Positions 9,801 to 20,242 of a stretch of DNA of 64,000 bases are shown here, in pieces (within the stretch, counting starts at the first letter, position 1; every line of letters starts with the position of its first letter). A model generated the notes under the pieces. It was not told where the DNA came from. It saw nothing but the letters and a program-made list of their open reading frames with translations, and made no database searches. The stretch spans positions 2,023 to 66,022 of the forward strand of contig QKEW01000013.1 in assembly GCA_003251635.1 (NCBI GenBank), written 5' to 3'. The DNA is from a bacterium. GTDB taxonomy: Bacteria > Patescibacteriota > Minisyncoccia > Moranbacterales > GWC2-37-73. The position numbers and the translations under genes were made by a program.

Positions 9801-10155
9801 TGAATTTAGTTACCAACGCTGGCTGCATTTAAAAAATAAATGTAGCAAGGGGTAAATTTATTCTAATTAATTAAACTTAGGAAATTAAAAAACCGTCCAA
9901 CAAAAAAGTCCTTTTCCGTTGAGCGGAATTTTTTCAACCTATCCCCAAAATCATTCTGGGGCGGGTTAAAATCGGACTTTCTGGTTTTGGGAAAAGTTTA
10001 ACACAGAGGCCTTTTTTTGTCAATATTGCTCCTATTTTGCTATATTGAAATAAAACTAATTATTCCAAGGACTAGGTGGGCATAAAGTTGCTTTTGATAG
10101 TTTTGAAAATTTATGGTATTGTATTAAGTAGAAGCGTAAAACAAAAACAAAGAAT

Positions 10156-11247
10156 ATGTGGGGATTTTTTCAGCAAAAGAAGAATCGCTTTATTGGCGTT
10201 GATTTCGGAACTTCCGCAATAAAAGTTGTTGAGCTTTCTTATGACAAAAAAAATGCTAAGGCAGTTTTAGAAAACTATGGCTGGTTTGATATGATGGGTG
10301 TATCACAAGATAGTGGAAATCAAACGAAGTTGGTTTATGAAGATAAGTTAAGATCCGCCCTGGTCAACCTCTTGCACGAAATGAATATTGAAAATGAGGA
10401 AGTTAATGTGGCAATTCCAGGATTTAGCGGTTTGGTGATAATGATTGAATTTCCAAAAATGAAAGCGAATGAAATTGCTCAGGCGATTGAATTTGAAGCT
10501 CATCGTTATATTCCAACTCCGATTGAAAACGTTTCCTTAAGTTGGGAAATAGTTGATCGAGAGGGAGCGTCTGAAGAAAATAAAAAAAATTCAAGTGGAA
10601 GATTAAATATTCTATTAGTGGCGGCGCCTAAAAAGGAAATTGAAAAGTATAGTTCCTTACTAAAAGACACGGGACCTAAAATGAGTTCTATTGAATTGGA
10701 AACATTTTCCATAACGCGAGCTTTGATTGGGAGAAGAAAGGGTAATTATCTGATAATGGATATCGGTTCGCGGGCAACTAATATGGTTTTGGTGGAAAAC
10801 GGTATAGTGGTAATAAATCGATCGGTGGATATGGGTGGGGATGATATAACCAATACGATTGCTGACAATTTGAATGTTTCCAAACAAAGAGCTGAAAGTT
10901 TCAAAAAAGAAGGCAAGGATTTTATTAATGACAATGAAGCCCCAATTTTGATACCGGTTTTGGAATTTTTGACGGGTGAAGCCAAGAGAATAATGGCGGC
11001 CTATAAAGAGAAAAATGAAAACGGGGAATTGGACGGATTCATATTATCAGGAGGATCATCAGCCCTGGGTGGAATTGAAAAGTATTTTGAAGATGCTTTG
11101 GGTGTGGACGTTATTATTGGTAATCCTTGGGAAGGAATTCAATATGATGAGCGTTTGGAAGCTAGTATTAAGAGAATCGGATCATCTTTTTCGGTGGCAA
11201 TTGGCCTAGCATTGAGAGGTATTGAGGATGAATTTTCAAGTAATTAA
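10156..11247 (+). CDS. pilM: type IV pilus assembly protein PilM (actin-like ATPase)
   Basis: IGVDFGTSAIKVVEL N-terminus and an actin-fold PilM/FtsA-like architecture. Confidence 0.85.
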   Translation: MWGFFQQKKNRFIGVDFGTSAIKVVELSYDKKNAKAVLENYGWFDMMGVSQDSGNQTKLVYEDKLRSALVNLLHEMNIENEEVNVAIPGFSGLVIMIEFPKMKANEIAQAIEFEAHRYIPTPIENVSLSWEIVDREGASEENKKNSSGRLNILLVAAPKKEIEKYSSLLKDTGPKMSSIELETFSITRALIGRRKGNYLIMDIGSRATNMVLVENGIVVINRSVDMGGDDITNTIADNLNVSKQRAESFKKEGKDFINDNEAPILIPVLEFLTGEAKRIMAAYKEKNENGELDGFILSGGSSALGGIEKYFEDALGVDVIIGNPWEGIQYDERLEASIKRIGSSFSVAIGLALRGIEDEFSSN

Positions 11248-11277
11248 AATAAAAATAAATAAATAATTTTTAAAAAA

Positions 11278-11811
11278 ATGGCAAATATAAATTTGTACCA
11301 ATCATCAGAAGATGAAGAATTAAAAAATAAGATATTTGTTTTGGGCGGTAGCTTCTTTTGGTCCGGAGGAGTGCTTCTTTTGGTTCTTGCTGCTTTTGTG
11401 GGTCTTAAATTTTTTTCTACCAGTTTGGAACATGATAATACTTCATTAGCGGGACAAATTAGCAAGGAAAATTCTAACTTTGGCGGAAGTGATTTGAATC
11501 GAGTTGTGGATTTCAAAGCCAGAATGGATGAATCGGTTAAAAATATTTCTCAAAAATATCTTAGCGAGAACCTGTTTGGCTCAATTGAAGGTGATGTTGT
11601 TAAGGGCATAAATCTGGTTTCCTTGGATTTTCAATTATCTGAGGGTGGCCAAAAAAGTGTAAGCATGGAGATGATCGGTTTGGATTATAATTCGATTGCC
11701 AAGCAGATTTTGAGTTTTAAGCAAAACGAATCTCTTTCTGAAGTTGTGGTTGGCGATATGGCTCGCTCAGAAGAAGGGATTGAATTTGTTATAACAGCCA
11801 ATCTAAACTAA
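11278..11811 (+). CDS. PilN-like bitopic membrane protein
   Basis: A single N-terminal TM helix, and a position immediately after pilM. Confidence 0.5.
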   Translation: MANINLYQSSEDEELKNKIFVLGGSFFWSGGVLLLVLAAFVGLKFFSTSLEHDNTSLAGQISKENSNFGGSDLNRVVDFKARMDESVKNISQKYLSENLFGSIEGDVVKGINLVSLDFQLSEGGQKSVSMEMIGLDYNSIAKQILSFKQNESLSEVVVGDMARSEEGIEFVITANLN

Positions 11812-11853
11812 ATTTAATTTGTTCAACATCAATTAATAAATAATAAAAACAAA

Positions 11854-12657
11854 ATGAAATTAAGAATATTACTTTTCCCTTTTATGCTCATTTGTTCAGT
11901 TTTGATAGCTATTTTGTATGTTTGGCCGGAAGTTGAAAATATAAATAGTTTGATGAGTAAAAATAAGGATCTTGAGGATAAGTTGGCATTGATCAAGAGC
12001 AAGAAAACAGCAATCCGCTCACTTAATGAAGGTCTTAGTCAAAGTCCTGAGAATGAGGATTTATTGAAAAAATATTTACCGGAAGAGAGGGTGGAGGAAA
12101 GAGTTGTTGATTCGATTAATTTCTCGGCAGCAAGCTCCAGCGTTTCTTTGATTAATATTTACGTAGATAGACTTGAGAAAAAAAGTTCGGTTGAGGATGA
12201 AGATACGCTTTCTTTACCCAGCTCAAAGATAGCCAAGGCAGTTGAGGAGAGTTACGCTTCCAATGAGGTGGCTGTAGCAAAAGTCCCAATTAATCTGCAA
12301 GACACTATTGTGGTAGCTGAAATATCCGCGCAGTATGATAATATTAAAAACTTTTTGGAAAAAATAGACAGAATTCCGATTATGAGTACCGTTGAGGGCA
12401 TTAAAGTTTCCAAGGTGGATGGTGTGCAGCAGGGATCCGGATCAGTTACCAATCAATTTTTAGTGGCAGATATTGCTATTAATTTCCATAATCTTAAGCC
12501 GATAAAAGTTAATAATAGTTACAATTTTGAAGTTCTTAATTCAAGCAGTTGGGATTTTTCTTCGCTGGATAAAATTACGAGCTTTGTTTCTTCGCAGGGT
12601 GATTATCAATTAGAAGTCGGTGAAAAAGGGAACATTAATCCATTTTTCAATTTATAA
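11854..12657 (+). CDS. PilO-like bitopic membrane protein
   Basis: N-terminal TM helix, a coiled-coil segment, and a position between the pilN-like gene and pilB. Confidence 0.45.
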   Translation: MKLRILLFPFMLICSVLIAILYVWPEVENINSLMSKNKDLEDKLALIKSKKTAIRSLNEGLSQSPENEDLLKKYLPEERVEERVVDSINFSAASSSVSLINIYVDRLEKKSSVEDEDTLSLPSSKIAKAVEESYASNEVAVAKVPINLQDTIVVAEISAQYDNIKNFLEKIDRIPIMSTVEGIKVSKVDGVQQGSGSVTNQFLVADIAINFHNLKPIKVNNSYNFEVLNSSSWDFSSLDKITSFVSSQGDYQLEVGEKGNINPFFNL

Positions 12658-14404
12658 TAAATCATTAAATTTAGGAAAAATTTTGGAAAATCAAGATGAA
12701 AAAACTAAAGAGATTTCTCTAGATGATAATCAAGGAGCGGATCAAGGAAAAAGTGCTAGTGGGGAAAATGATTTAGCACAAAAAGCTAATGCTTTGGGCA
12801 TACCTTTTCTAGCTGAGATTCCTGAAATCAAAAAAGGCGCATTGAGTGTTATTTCAGAAGAGCTTGCTAGGAAATATAACATGGCAGCTTTTGAGAAAAA
12901 TGACAAATTGGTAAAGATTTGCATGTTGGATCCGGAGAATTTTGAGGCTTTGAATGTTTTGCGTTTTATTTCGGAAAGCAATGGATTTGAGTTTGAAATT
13001 TATTTAACTTCTGGAAAAATTTTTGGGGAGATTCTGCATCAATACGGTGCTAGCACTGACAAAGTTATTGCTGACGCAGCCAGATCTTTACAAGGGGAAG
13101 AGGATGAAGGATTTATCGGTCCAGATGATAAAAAACAACAAGAGCGGGAAAATATCCAAGACGCTCCTGTTACTAAGTTGCTGAGTGTTATCACGAGGCA
13201 TGCAATTGAAGGCAAAGCCAGTGATATTCACATTGAGCCTATTGATAAGGAATATCGAGTGCGTTTTAGGGTTGATGGAATTTTGCATTCGTCTTTGGTT
13301 GCTCCGAAGGAGGTTGGTCGGGCAGTTGTTTCCAGGATTAAGATTCTTTCCAATTTGAAAATCGACGAGAAAAGAAAACCCCAGGATGGTCGTTTTAAGA
13401 TTATTGAAAATGGAAAAAGTGTAGATTTTCGTGTTTCAACCTTTCCGGTCGTTGAAGGCGAGAAAGTGGTGATGCGTCTTTTGGATAAGGAGGATAAGGG
13501 AGTTGGAATCGAGGGTCTGGGTCTTATGGGTAAGAGTCGAGAAATTTTGGAAAGAGGAATCAAATCTCCTTATGGAATTATTTTGATAACCGGTCCTACT
13601 GGAAGCGGAAAATCAACCACGCTCTATTCTTTTTTACAAATTCTTAATAACGAAGATCGAAATATTGTAACACTGGAAGATCCGGTGGAGTACTCGATCG
13701 GAGGAATTAATCAAAGTCAAGTTAAACCGGAAATTGGATATACTTTTGCCAATGGCTTGCGTTCAATTTTGCGTCAGGATCCAAATGTTATCATGGTTGG
13801 TGAAATTCGAGATGGAGAAACGGCTGAGCTAACTATTCATGCAGCTTTGACTGGTCACTTGGTTTTTTCAACTTTGCACACAAACAGTTCTATTGGAGCA
13901 ATTCCTCGATTAGTGGATATGGGTATTGAGGCTTTCTTACTTTCTTCCTCGCTTCAAATTGTTGCAGCCCAACGTTTGGTGCGAAGAATTTGTGAAAATT
14001 GTAAAGAAGAGATGCATATTCCTAGTAGGATTGCGGAAAATGTCAGAAGTGAATTGAAGGCGGTTGATTCAAAAGAGATTGAAAAATATGGATTGAATAT
14101 AGAAGGATCTGACTTGAAATTTTATCATGGGAAAGGTTGTGATGCTTGTGCTCAATCTGGATACAAAGGACGAATTGCTATTTATGAAGCCTTGGAGGTG
14201 GATGAACAATTGAAGGAAATTATTTCTGATAAGAATGGAAATGAAGGGCACATAGAAGATTATGCTAATAAAAACGGAATGATTGCTATGCGTCAGGATG
14301 GAATTTTGAAGGCGCTTTTGGGAATGACAACTCTTTCAGAAGTTGAAAGAGTCACAAAAGGTAGTCTTTCGGTTGGTGGGGATACGGATGATGATAAAGG
14401 ATAA
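12620..14404 (+). CDS. pilB: type IV pilus assembly ATPase PilB/GspE. The start is uncertain, because the ORF overlaps the upstream gene by 38 nt
   Basis: N-terminal GspII domain. Walker A GPTGSGKST, Asp and His boxes, and a tetracysteine motif CENC...CDAC. Confidence 0.9.
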   Translation: MKKGTLIHFSIYNKSLNLGKILENQDEKTKEISLDDNQGADQGKSASGENDLAQKANALGIPFLAEIPEIKKGALSVISEELARKYNMAAFEKNDKLVKICMLDPENFEALNVLRFISESNGFEFEIYLTSGKIFGEILHQYGASTDKVIADAARSLQGEEDEGFIGPDDKKQQERENIQDAPVTKLLSVITRHAIEGKASDIHIEPIDKEYRVRFRVDGILHSSLVAPKEVGRAVVSRIKILSNLKIDEKRKPQDGRFKIIENGKSVDFRVSTFPVVEGEKVVMRLLDKEDKGVGIEGLGLMGKSREILERGIKSPYGIILITGPTGSGKSTTLYSFLQILNNEDRNIVTLEDPVEYSIGGINQSQVKPEIGYTFANGLRSILRQDPNVIMVGEIRDGETAELTIHAALTGHLVFSTLHTNSSIGAIPRLVDMGIEAFLLSSSLQIVAAQRLVRRICENCKEEMHIPSRIAENVRSELKAVDSKEIEKYGLNIEGSDLKFYHGKGCDACAQSGYKGRIAIYEALEVDEQLKEIISDKNGNEGHIEDYANKNGMIAMRQDGILKALLGMTTLSEVERVTKGSLSVGGDTDDDKG

Positions 14405-14450
14405 AAACAAGAATGGTAATTTGAAGATTTAAATTTATAATATTTCCAAA

Positions 14451-14831
14451 ATGATAGAAAAAAAGAAAAAAATTATGTTGGTTGAAGACGATATTTTTAT
14501 TCGGGATATATATGAAACCAAATTGAGACAAGAACATTTTGAGGTGCTCATGCTTGATAATGGCCGTGATGCTTTGGATAAAATAGAAGAATTTTTACCA
14601 GACATTATTTTGTTAGACATTGTTATGCCGCACATGGACGGAATGGATTTTTTGAGAGAATTTTTTAAAGATGAAAAGCGAAAAGATATTCCGATAATAA
14701 TCCTTTCAAATTTATCTGACAAGGAAAGGGTTACTAAGGCTCTTTCAATGGGGGCTAAAGATTTTCTGATAAAATCTCATTTTACACCTTCTGAAGTTGT
14801 GGGTAAGGTTAACATGTTGTTGCGAAAATAA
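14451..14831 (+). CDS. single-domain response regulator (CheY-like receiver) embedded in the pilus cluster
   Basis: Receiver-domain motifs: the MLVEDD acidic pocket, phospho-acceptor Asp in LLDIVMP, and conserved Lys in KDFLIK. Confidence 0.8.
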   Translation: MIEKKKKIMLVEDDIFIRDIYETKLRQEHFEVLMLDNGRDALDKIEEFLPDIILLDIVMPHMDGMDFLREFFKDEKRKDIPIIILSNLSDKERVTKALSMGAKDFLIKSHFTPSEVVGKVNMLLRK

Positions 14832-14903
14832 AAATTTGGTATAATTGATTTGTGAAGTTTGTTTTTGAATATTTAGACTTGAAATAAAAATAAAAATAAA
14901 AAG

Positions 14904-15977
14904 ATGGAACATAGTGAACAAAAAATAAAAAATCTTTTGCGAATTGTGGCTCAACAAAATGCATCGGATCTGCATTTGGTAGTTGGTCGTTACCCAACAG
15001 TTAGGATTGATGGAAAACTGATCCCGTTGTCTCAAGAATCTTTCCTGACTCATGATGACACCAAGGATTTGGCGGATGCAATCATGAGTGATGACAATAA
15101 AAAAGAATTGGCAGACAAGGGTCAGGTTGATTTTTCCTATAATTTTGATGACAAAGCTAGATTCAGAGTCAATGTTTTTTATCAAAAGGGAAATGTCAGC
15201 GTGACTATGCGTTTGATTACCAGTAAGATCAGGAGTTTGGAAGAGTTGAGTTTGCCAACCATGCTTTATGAGTTTATGCGTTACACTCAAGGGTTGCTTT
15301 TGGTAACAGGCCCGGTCGGTCACGGTAAGTCTACTAGTTGTGCGGCTCTTTTGGATTATTTGAATCACAACGATGATAAGCACATAATAACTATTGAAGA
15401 TCCGATAGAATATATTCATGAACAAGATCGCTGTATAATTAATCAAAGAGAAGTTGGGCAGGACACCCATTCTTTTAGCGATGGTTTGCGCGCGGTTTTT
15501 CGTGAAGATGCCAATGTTGTTTTGATTGGTGAAATGCGCGATCTGGATACTATCAGCACAGCAATTACAGCGGCTGAAACAGGTCATTTGATCATAGCAA
15601 CTTTGCATACTAACTCAGCCTCCCAAACCATTGATCGTATCGTGGATGTTTTTCCGGCTCATCAACAAAATCAGATTAGATCACAGTTAGCCAGTGTTTT
15701 ATTGGGAATTACTTCTCAGCGTTTGGTTCCGAAAGTGGGCGGAGGTCGAATTCCGGCTTTGGAAATTCTGATCAAAAATAGCGCGGTGGAAAATTTGATT
15801 CGTGAAAATAAATCTTACCAACTTGATTCAGTAATAGAAACCAGTTTAAAGAGTGGCATGATATCTTTGGATAAATCTCTGGCTAATTTGGTTCAGAGAG
15901 GGATAATTTCAGTGGAAGATGCTTTTGTCTATGCTGCTAATGGAGAATATTTGCAGATGTTGATAAATAAAAAATAA
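14904..15977 (+). CDS. pilT: twitching motility ATPase PilT
   Basis: Walker A GPVGHGKST, and the PilT-specific AHQQNQIRSQLA region. Confidence 0.9.
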   Translation: MEHSEQKIKNLLRIVAQQNASDLHLVVGRYPTVRIDGKLIPLSQESFLTHDDTKDLADAIMSDDNKKELADKGQVDFSYNFDDKARFRVNVFYQKGNVSVTMRLITSKIRSLEELSLPTMLYEFMRYTQGLLLVTGPVGHGKSTSCAALLDYLNHNDDKHIITIEDPIEYIHEQDRCIINQREVGQDTHSFSDGLRAVFREDANVVLIGEMRDLDTISTAITAAETGHLIIATLHTNSASQTIDRIVDVFPAHQQNQIRSQLASVLLGITSQRLVPKVGGGRIPALEILIKNSAVENLIRENKSYQLDSVIETSLKSGMISLDKSLANLVQRGIISVEDAFVYAANGEYLQMLINKK

Positions 15978-15991
15978 AACACGAATTTAAT

Positions 15992-17203
15992 ATGAAATTT
16001 GTTTTTAAAGCTAAAGATTCAGAAGGAGTCGTTAAAAGTGGTCAAATTGAAGCCTCCAATAAGACCGAGGCTATCAATCTTTTGCAAGAGAAAAATTTTA
16101 TACCCCTTTCTGTTATAGAGGAAAAAGAATCCCGGGATTTTTTGCATAGCATTGAAAAGATTTGGAATGGAGTTGGGCAAAGAGATTTGGTAGTTTTTTA
16201 TCGGCAGTTCGCCACGTTGGTTGAAGCTAAAGTGGCGATAACCACTGCTTTACGGGCAATTGAAGATCAAACTGACAACAAGGTTTTGAGTCAGATTTTA
16301 CTTGAAATGATTGGAGACATTGAAGATGGTATGGCTTTATCTGAAAGCATGATCAAACATAAAAATGTTTTTTCTTTGTTGGCTATAAATATGGTAAGAG
16401 CCGGGGAAATTTCTGGAAATTTGCAGAAATCCATAGAGTTTATCGCTGACAATACTGAGCGGACCTATCAGTTGAATTCCAAAATTAAATCAGCCCTAAC
16501 TTATCCAGGTTTTATTTTGACGGCAGCTTTGGTTATTGGTTTTTTAGTTTTCACGATAATTTTGCCGAAATTAACCAAGATTTTTGATGATATGGATGTT
16601 GAAATTCCTTGGTACACTACTTTGATTATGAATATTGGTAATTTTATGCAATCTTTCTGGTGGTTGGTTTTGATTGTGATTTTAGGAGGAGTTTTTGGGA
16701 TTTTGTATTACATCAAAACTGATTCTGGAAGAGAGGAATTTGACCATATTAAGCTCAAGATTCCAATAGTCAGTAAAATGTTTAAATTCGTTTATATCTC
16801 ACGTTTTTCCGAAAATCTCTCAGTTCTTTTGATTGGTGGAATTCCGATCGTTAAGGCATTGATGATTGTGGCGGACATTGTTAATAATAGTGTTTACAAA
16901 AAAGTTATCCTCAAGGCAGCCGAGGAAGTTAAAACTGGCGGGGCGATGAGTAGCGTTTTTGCTAAAAACCCGGAGTTTCCGCCAATTCTGGCCAAAATGA
17001 TTAAGGTTGGTGAAGAAAGTGGAAAGGTTAGTGATGTTTTGAAAAATATTTATACTTTTTATGAACAGGAATTGGATCGAATGACTAAAAATATGACATC
17101 TTTGATTGAACCGATTTTGATTGTTGTTTTGGGAATTGGTGTGGCGATTTTAGTGGTGGCAATTTTGATGCCAATTTACAATATCACGTCACATATTCAG
17201 TAA
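15992..17203 (+). CDS. pilC: type IV pilus inner-membrane platform protein PilC/GspF
   Basis: Two GspF repeats and three TM segments. Confidence 0.9.
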   Translation: MKFVFKAKDSEGVVKSGQIEASNKTEAINLLQEKNFIPLSVIEEKESRDFLHSIEKIWNGVGQRDLVVFYRQFATLVEAKVAITTALRAIEDQTDNKVLSQILLEMIGDIEDGMALSESMIKHKNVFSLLAINMVRAGEISGNLQKSIEFIADNTERTYQLNSKIKSALTYPGFILTAALVIGFLVFTIILPKLTKIFDDMDVEIPWYTTLIMNIGNFMQSFWWLVLIVILGGVFGILYYIKTDSGREEFDHIKLKIPIVSKMFKFVYISRFSENLSVLLIGGIPIVKALMIVADIVNNSVYKKVILKAAEEVKTGGAMSSVFAKNPEFPPILAKMIKVGEESGKVSDVLKNIYTFYEQELDRMTKNMTSLIEPILIVVLGIGVAILVVAILMPIYNITSHIQ

Positions 17204-17346
17204 TTAATGCTGGTTTTTTATTAAGATAATTGAGAGAAAATAGAATATAAAAATATAAGAGAAATTTTTGGGGATTAGTGGGTTTGGGCAAATTTGGCTC
17301 GTTAATCAATGAAGATTCTCTTTTAAAAAGAAAGGAGGTGTGATAT

Positions 17347-17754
17347 ATGCAAAAAGTTAAAAAAGGCTTTACTTTGATCGAACTCTTGATCGTGATTGCG
17401 ATCATTGGTATCTTGGCTTCAATTGTGTTGGTAAGTTTGTCTAGTGCTCGAGAAAAAGCCAACATTGCCGCTTATAAGGCTCAGGTTCATTCGTTTCAGG
17501 CTGCTGCTACATTAAGCTGTGATTCTGATGCTAATGGAACTTTGGCTGATGGAGAAGTACCTACGCCAACCTCAAATAGTAAGATGGGCACTTTAACATA
17601 TACAACATCAAGTTGTGGTGTTAATGGAGCTGGAACATTTACTATAAATGTTGAATCTATAGATTTGGGATCTTCAGCTGCAGCAACTGCTTGTGAAACA
17701 GCTGACGGAACAGCTATAACTGAAACAGGAGTAGTTTTCCCTTCTGGATGTTAG
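17347..17754 (+). CDS. type IV (major) pilin with class III prepilin signal
   Basis: KGFTLIELLIVIAIIGILASI leader and cleavage motif. C-terminal region with paired Cys. Confidence 0.8.
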   Translation: MQKVKKGFTLIELLIVIAIIGILASIVLVSLSSAREKANIAAYKAQVHSFQAAATLSCDSDANGTLADGEVPTPTSNSKMGTLTYTTSSCGVNGAGTFTINVESIDLGSSAAATACETADGTAITETGVVFPSGC

Positions 17755-17782
17755 TTTTGGAGTGCGTGTTTTTACAAAAACA

Positions 17783-17810
17783 AAAAGCGGATTTTTCCGC
17801 TTTTTGTTTT
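17783..17810 (+). terminator. intrinsic terminator after the first pilin gene
   Basis: aagcgg-attttt-ccgctt hairpin followed by a T-run. Confidence 0.6.
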
Positions 17811-17842
17811 TGTGTTACAATTAAGAAAAGTAAAAAACAAAA

Positions 17843-18250
17843 ATGACTTCAACCAAAGGTTTTTCCTTAATTGAATTATTGGTTACAATTTCTATAATCG
17901 GTATATTAGCATCAATAGTGCTGGTTGCAATTAGTGGAGTTCGTAATAAAGCCAAAGATGCTTCGTTTAAAAGCACGGCTTCTTCGATTAATGCGGCAAT
18001 TTTACAGTGCTGTGATGATGATGGTGAAATTCAAGCAAAAGGTGTGGGTGGTGGTGGGTCAGTGGCGGTTTGCGATTTGGATACCGGAACATTTTATCCG
18101 AATGATGATCATCTGGGAACAGCCGCGATTGGCAGTGCTTGTGCGGCTGGACAATATGAAGTCACGATAACTCCCGGTGCAAAAAATGCCGGAGATTGCA
18201 CCAGCGCGACATTGAATCAGTCTGGCGTAGTTTCCTATGAGGGTTGTTAG
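17843..18250 (+). CDS. type IV pilin, second paralog
   Basis: KGFSLIELLVTISIIGILASI prepilin leader. Four Cys in the C-terminal half. Confidence 0.8.
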   Translation: MTSTKGFSLIELLVTISIIGILASIVLVAISGVRNKAKDASFKSTASSINAAILQCCDDDGEIQAKGVGGGGSVAVCDLDTGTFYPNDDHLGTAAIGSACAAGQYEVTITPGAKNAGDCTSATLNQSGVVSYEGC

Positions 18251-18272
18251 AAGTGTGTTATAATGAAATCGG

Positions 18273-19094
18273 TTGATAAAATTAAAGAAAAAAATAATGA
18301 TTTTTGCATTTTTTATTTTGGGTCTCATTATTGGGAGTTTTCTGAATGCGGTAATTTATAGACTTAAGGCGGTGGAATCTCTATGGGAGCGTTCCCATTG
18401 TCCGAAGTGCCGAAAGAAAATCAGTTGGCATGATAATATCCCACTACTTTCTTTTGTTTTGTTGTCAGGCAGATGTCGATCTTGTGGTGAAACGATTTCT
18501 TGGGCCTATCCCTTGACTGAGTTTTTCACGGGCGTTTTGTTTGCTTTGGTGGCTAGTTGCTTTTTTGTTCTTGGCGACGCAACAACCTATTTGCCAACTT
18601 TGTTTTATTTGATTATTTTTTCTCTTTTGATAATAATTTTTGTTTACGATTTTCAATATATGGAAATCCCTATGTTGATTTTCTGGTTGGCAACCGGAAT
18701 TTCAATTTTATATTATTTGATTATTGACTGGGGTATTTTCCAATCACAAGCCGGAGGTTTTTCTTTGAATCTTTTTTCCGGTGTTTTAGCTGGTGCGATC
18801 GTGGCTGCCCTGTTTTTTGTTTTAACTTATTTTTCCAAGGAAACCTGGATGGGCTACGGAGATGTTTATATGGGTTTTTTGGTTGGACTACTGGTTGGTT
18901 GGCCGGCAGTATTTTTATCGTTGACTTTGTCTTTCACGATCGGAGCTTTATTTGGAGTTGGCTTGGTTTTGTTTAGTCGCAGAACCATGAAGAGTCAAGT
19001 TCCTTTTGCTCCTTTTCTAATTTTTGGAATTATTCTAACGATTTTATTGCCAGAAATCTTTCCCAAGTTAGGATCCTTTCTTTTCTATATGTAG
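18273..19094 (+). CDS. pilD: prepilin peptidase PilD (A24 family)
   Basis: N-terminal CPKC...CRSC zinc motif, a polytopic membrane topology, and a conserved Asp-containing loop. Confidence 0.9.
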   Translation: MIKLKKKIMIFAFFILGLIIGSFLNAVIYRLKAVESLWERSHCPKCRKKISWHDNIPLLSFVLLSGRCRSCGETISWAYPLTEFFTGVLFALVASCFFVLGDATTYLPTLFYLIIFSLLIIIFVYDFQYMEIPMLIFWLATGISILYYLIIDWGIFQSQAGGFSLNLFSGVLAGAIVAALFFVLTYFSKETWMGYGDVYMGFLVGLLVGWPAVFLSLTLSFTIGALFGVGLVLFSRRTMKSQVPFAPFLIFGIILTILLPEIFPKLGSFLFYM

Positions 19095-19106
19095 GTTTAA
19101 ATTGCT

Positions 19107-19700
19107 ATGAAATTAATAAATAAAAATAAATTAGGATTTAGTCATTCGGTGAGGCGAGGTTTTTCTTTGGTTGAGTTGCTGATGACTATTTTTATTTTAT
19201 TAGTTGCGATTGGTATTTCAGTGGCATCTTTTTCCAATACAAAACAAATTGATCAAGTTGAGGCAGCTGCTCGAAGAATTGCCAGTATTCTTCGTGAATC
19301 CCAAAATAACTCTTTGGTTGGAAAACAACAGTTTGAAAGTGGAGATTTGGTCAATACTTGCTTGAACGGAGTCGAATGGAATGAAAGTTATACGGACAGA
19401 ATTGTTTTGGAAAAATTTTATGTAGCCAGTAGTAGCGGTGCCTGCTCAACTTCAAATCGCAGCACTAACATTGAAAAAGAAGAATTGGAAGGAGTTGTTT
19501 TGTCTGGAGCGGCAGCTGATTCGATGGTTTATTTCACTGTTCCGAGCGGCAGGGTTGCTGTTTCGGGTTTTACTGCTTCAGGTGGTGCTATGGCTGGACT
19601 GAAGATTGAGTCAATTGCTGACAGTTCAGTGGAGGCGATGGTTTGTGTTTATTCTTCGGGCAGAATTGAGGAGGTATTGGGTGAGGCTAATTGTCCTTAA
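19107..19700 (+). CDS. minor pilin / pseudopilin
   Basis: GFSLVELLMTIFILLVAIGI prepilin-type N-terminus. Confidence 0.7.
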   Translation: MKLINKNKLGFSHSVRRGFSLVELLMTIFILLVAIGISVASFSNTKQIDQVEAAARRIASILRESQNNSLVGKQQFESGDLVNTCLNGVEWNESYTDRIVLEKFYVASSSGACSTSNRSTNIEKEELEGVVLSGAAADSMVYFTVPSGRVAVSGFTASGGAMAGLKIESIADSSVEAMVCVYSSGRIEEVLGEANCP

Positions 19701-20242
19701 ATATTTTCATGAAAACAAAAAAACAAATCAAGATCGAAAAAGGCTTTTCTTTGTTGGAAGTTATAATTGCCCTTTTCATATTGTCAATTGGAATTGTAGG
19801 AATGCTTACGCTAATTTCCATGTCAATTAAGGATTCAGCTGAGGCTCGAGACAGTATTGTGGCTTCTCAGCTAGCTCAAGAAGGCATTGAACTGATACGC
19901 AATAAAAGAGACAGCAATATACTTTCTGGGGCATCTGATGTGTTTGAAGATATTGATGTTGACAATGACTGTTTGGTTGATATTGAGAGTGGAATTGTTT
20001 GCAATAAATCTGATTTTAGGTTGAATTACGTTGATGTTGATGGGGTTATAACTTTTCTGCACTCAAATGGAACAGCCACTAAATTTAACAGAAAGATGGT
20101 AATTGCTAGAACCAGTGGGCAACTTTCGGTTCGAAGTTTGGTTTACTGGGGAAGTGTCGTTCCTCTTGCCAATGGAAGTAATTGTAATAATTTAAATCAA
20201 TGTATCTATGCTGAAAGTATGTTGACGGATTGGTCTAGTTGA
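19691..20242 (+). CDS. minor pilin / pseudopilin
   Basis: KGFSLLEVIIALFILSIGIVGM prepilin-type N-terminus. Confidence 0.7.
   Translation: MSLNIFMKTKKQIKIEKGFSLLEVIIALFILSIGIVGMLTLISMSIKDSAEARDSIVASQLAQEGIELIRNKRDSNILSGASDVFEDIDVDNDCLVDIESGIVCNKSDFRLNYVDVDGVITFLHSNGTATKFNRKMVIARTSGQLSVRSLVYWGSVVPLANGSNCNNLNQCIYAESMLTDWSS

Noticed and set aside
14745-15608. A 287-aa minus-strand ORF
   Set aside because: It is antisense to the well-supported response regulator and pilT genes. It is AT-rich and low-complexity and has no motif
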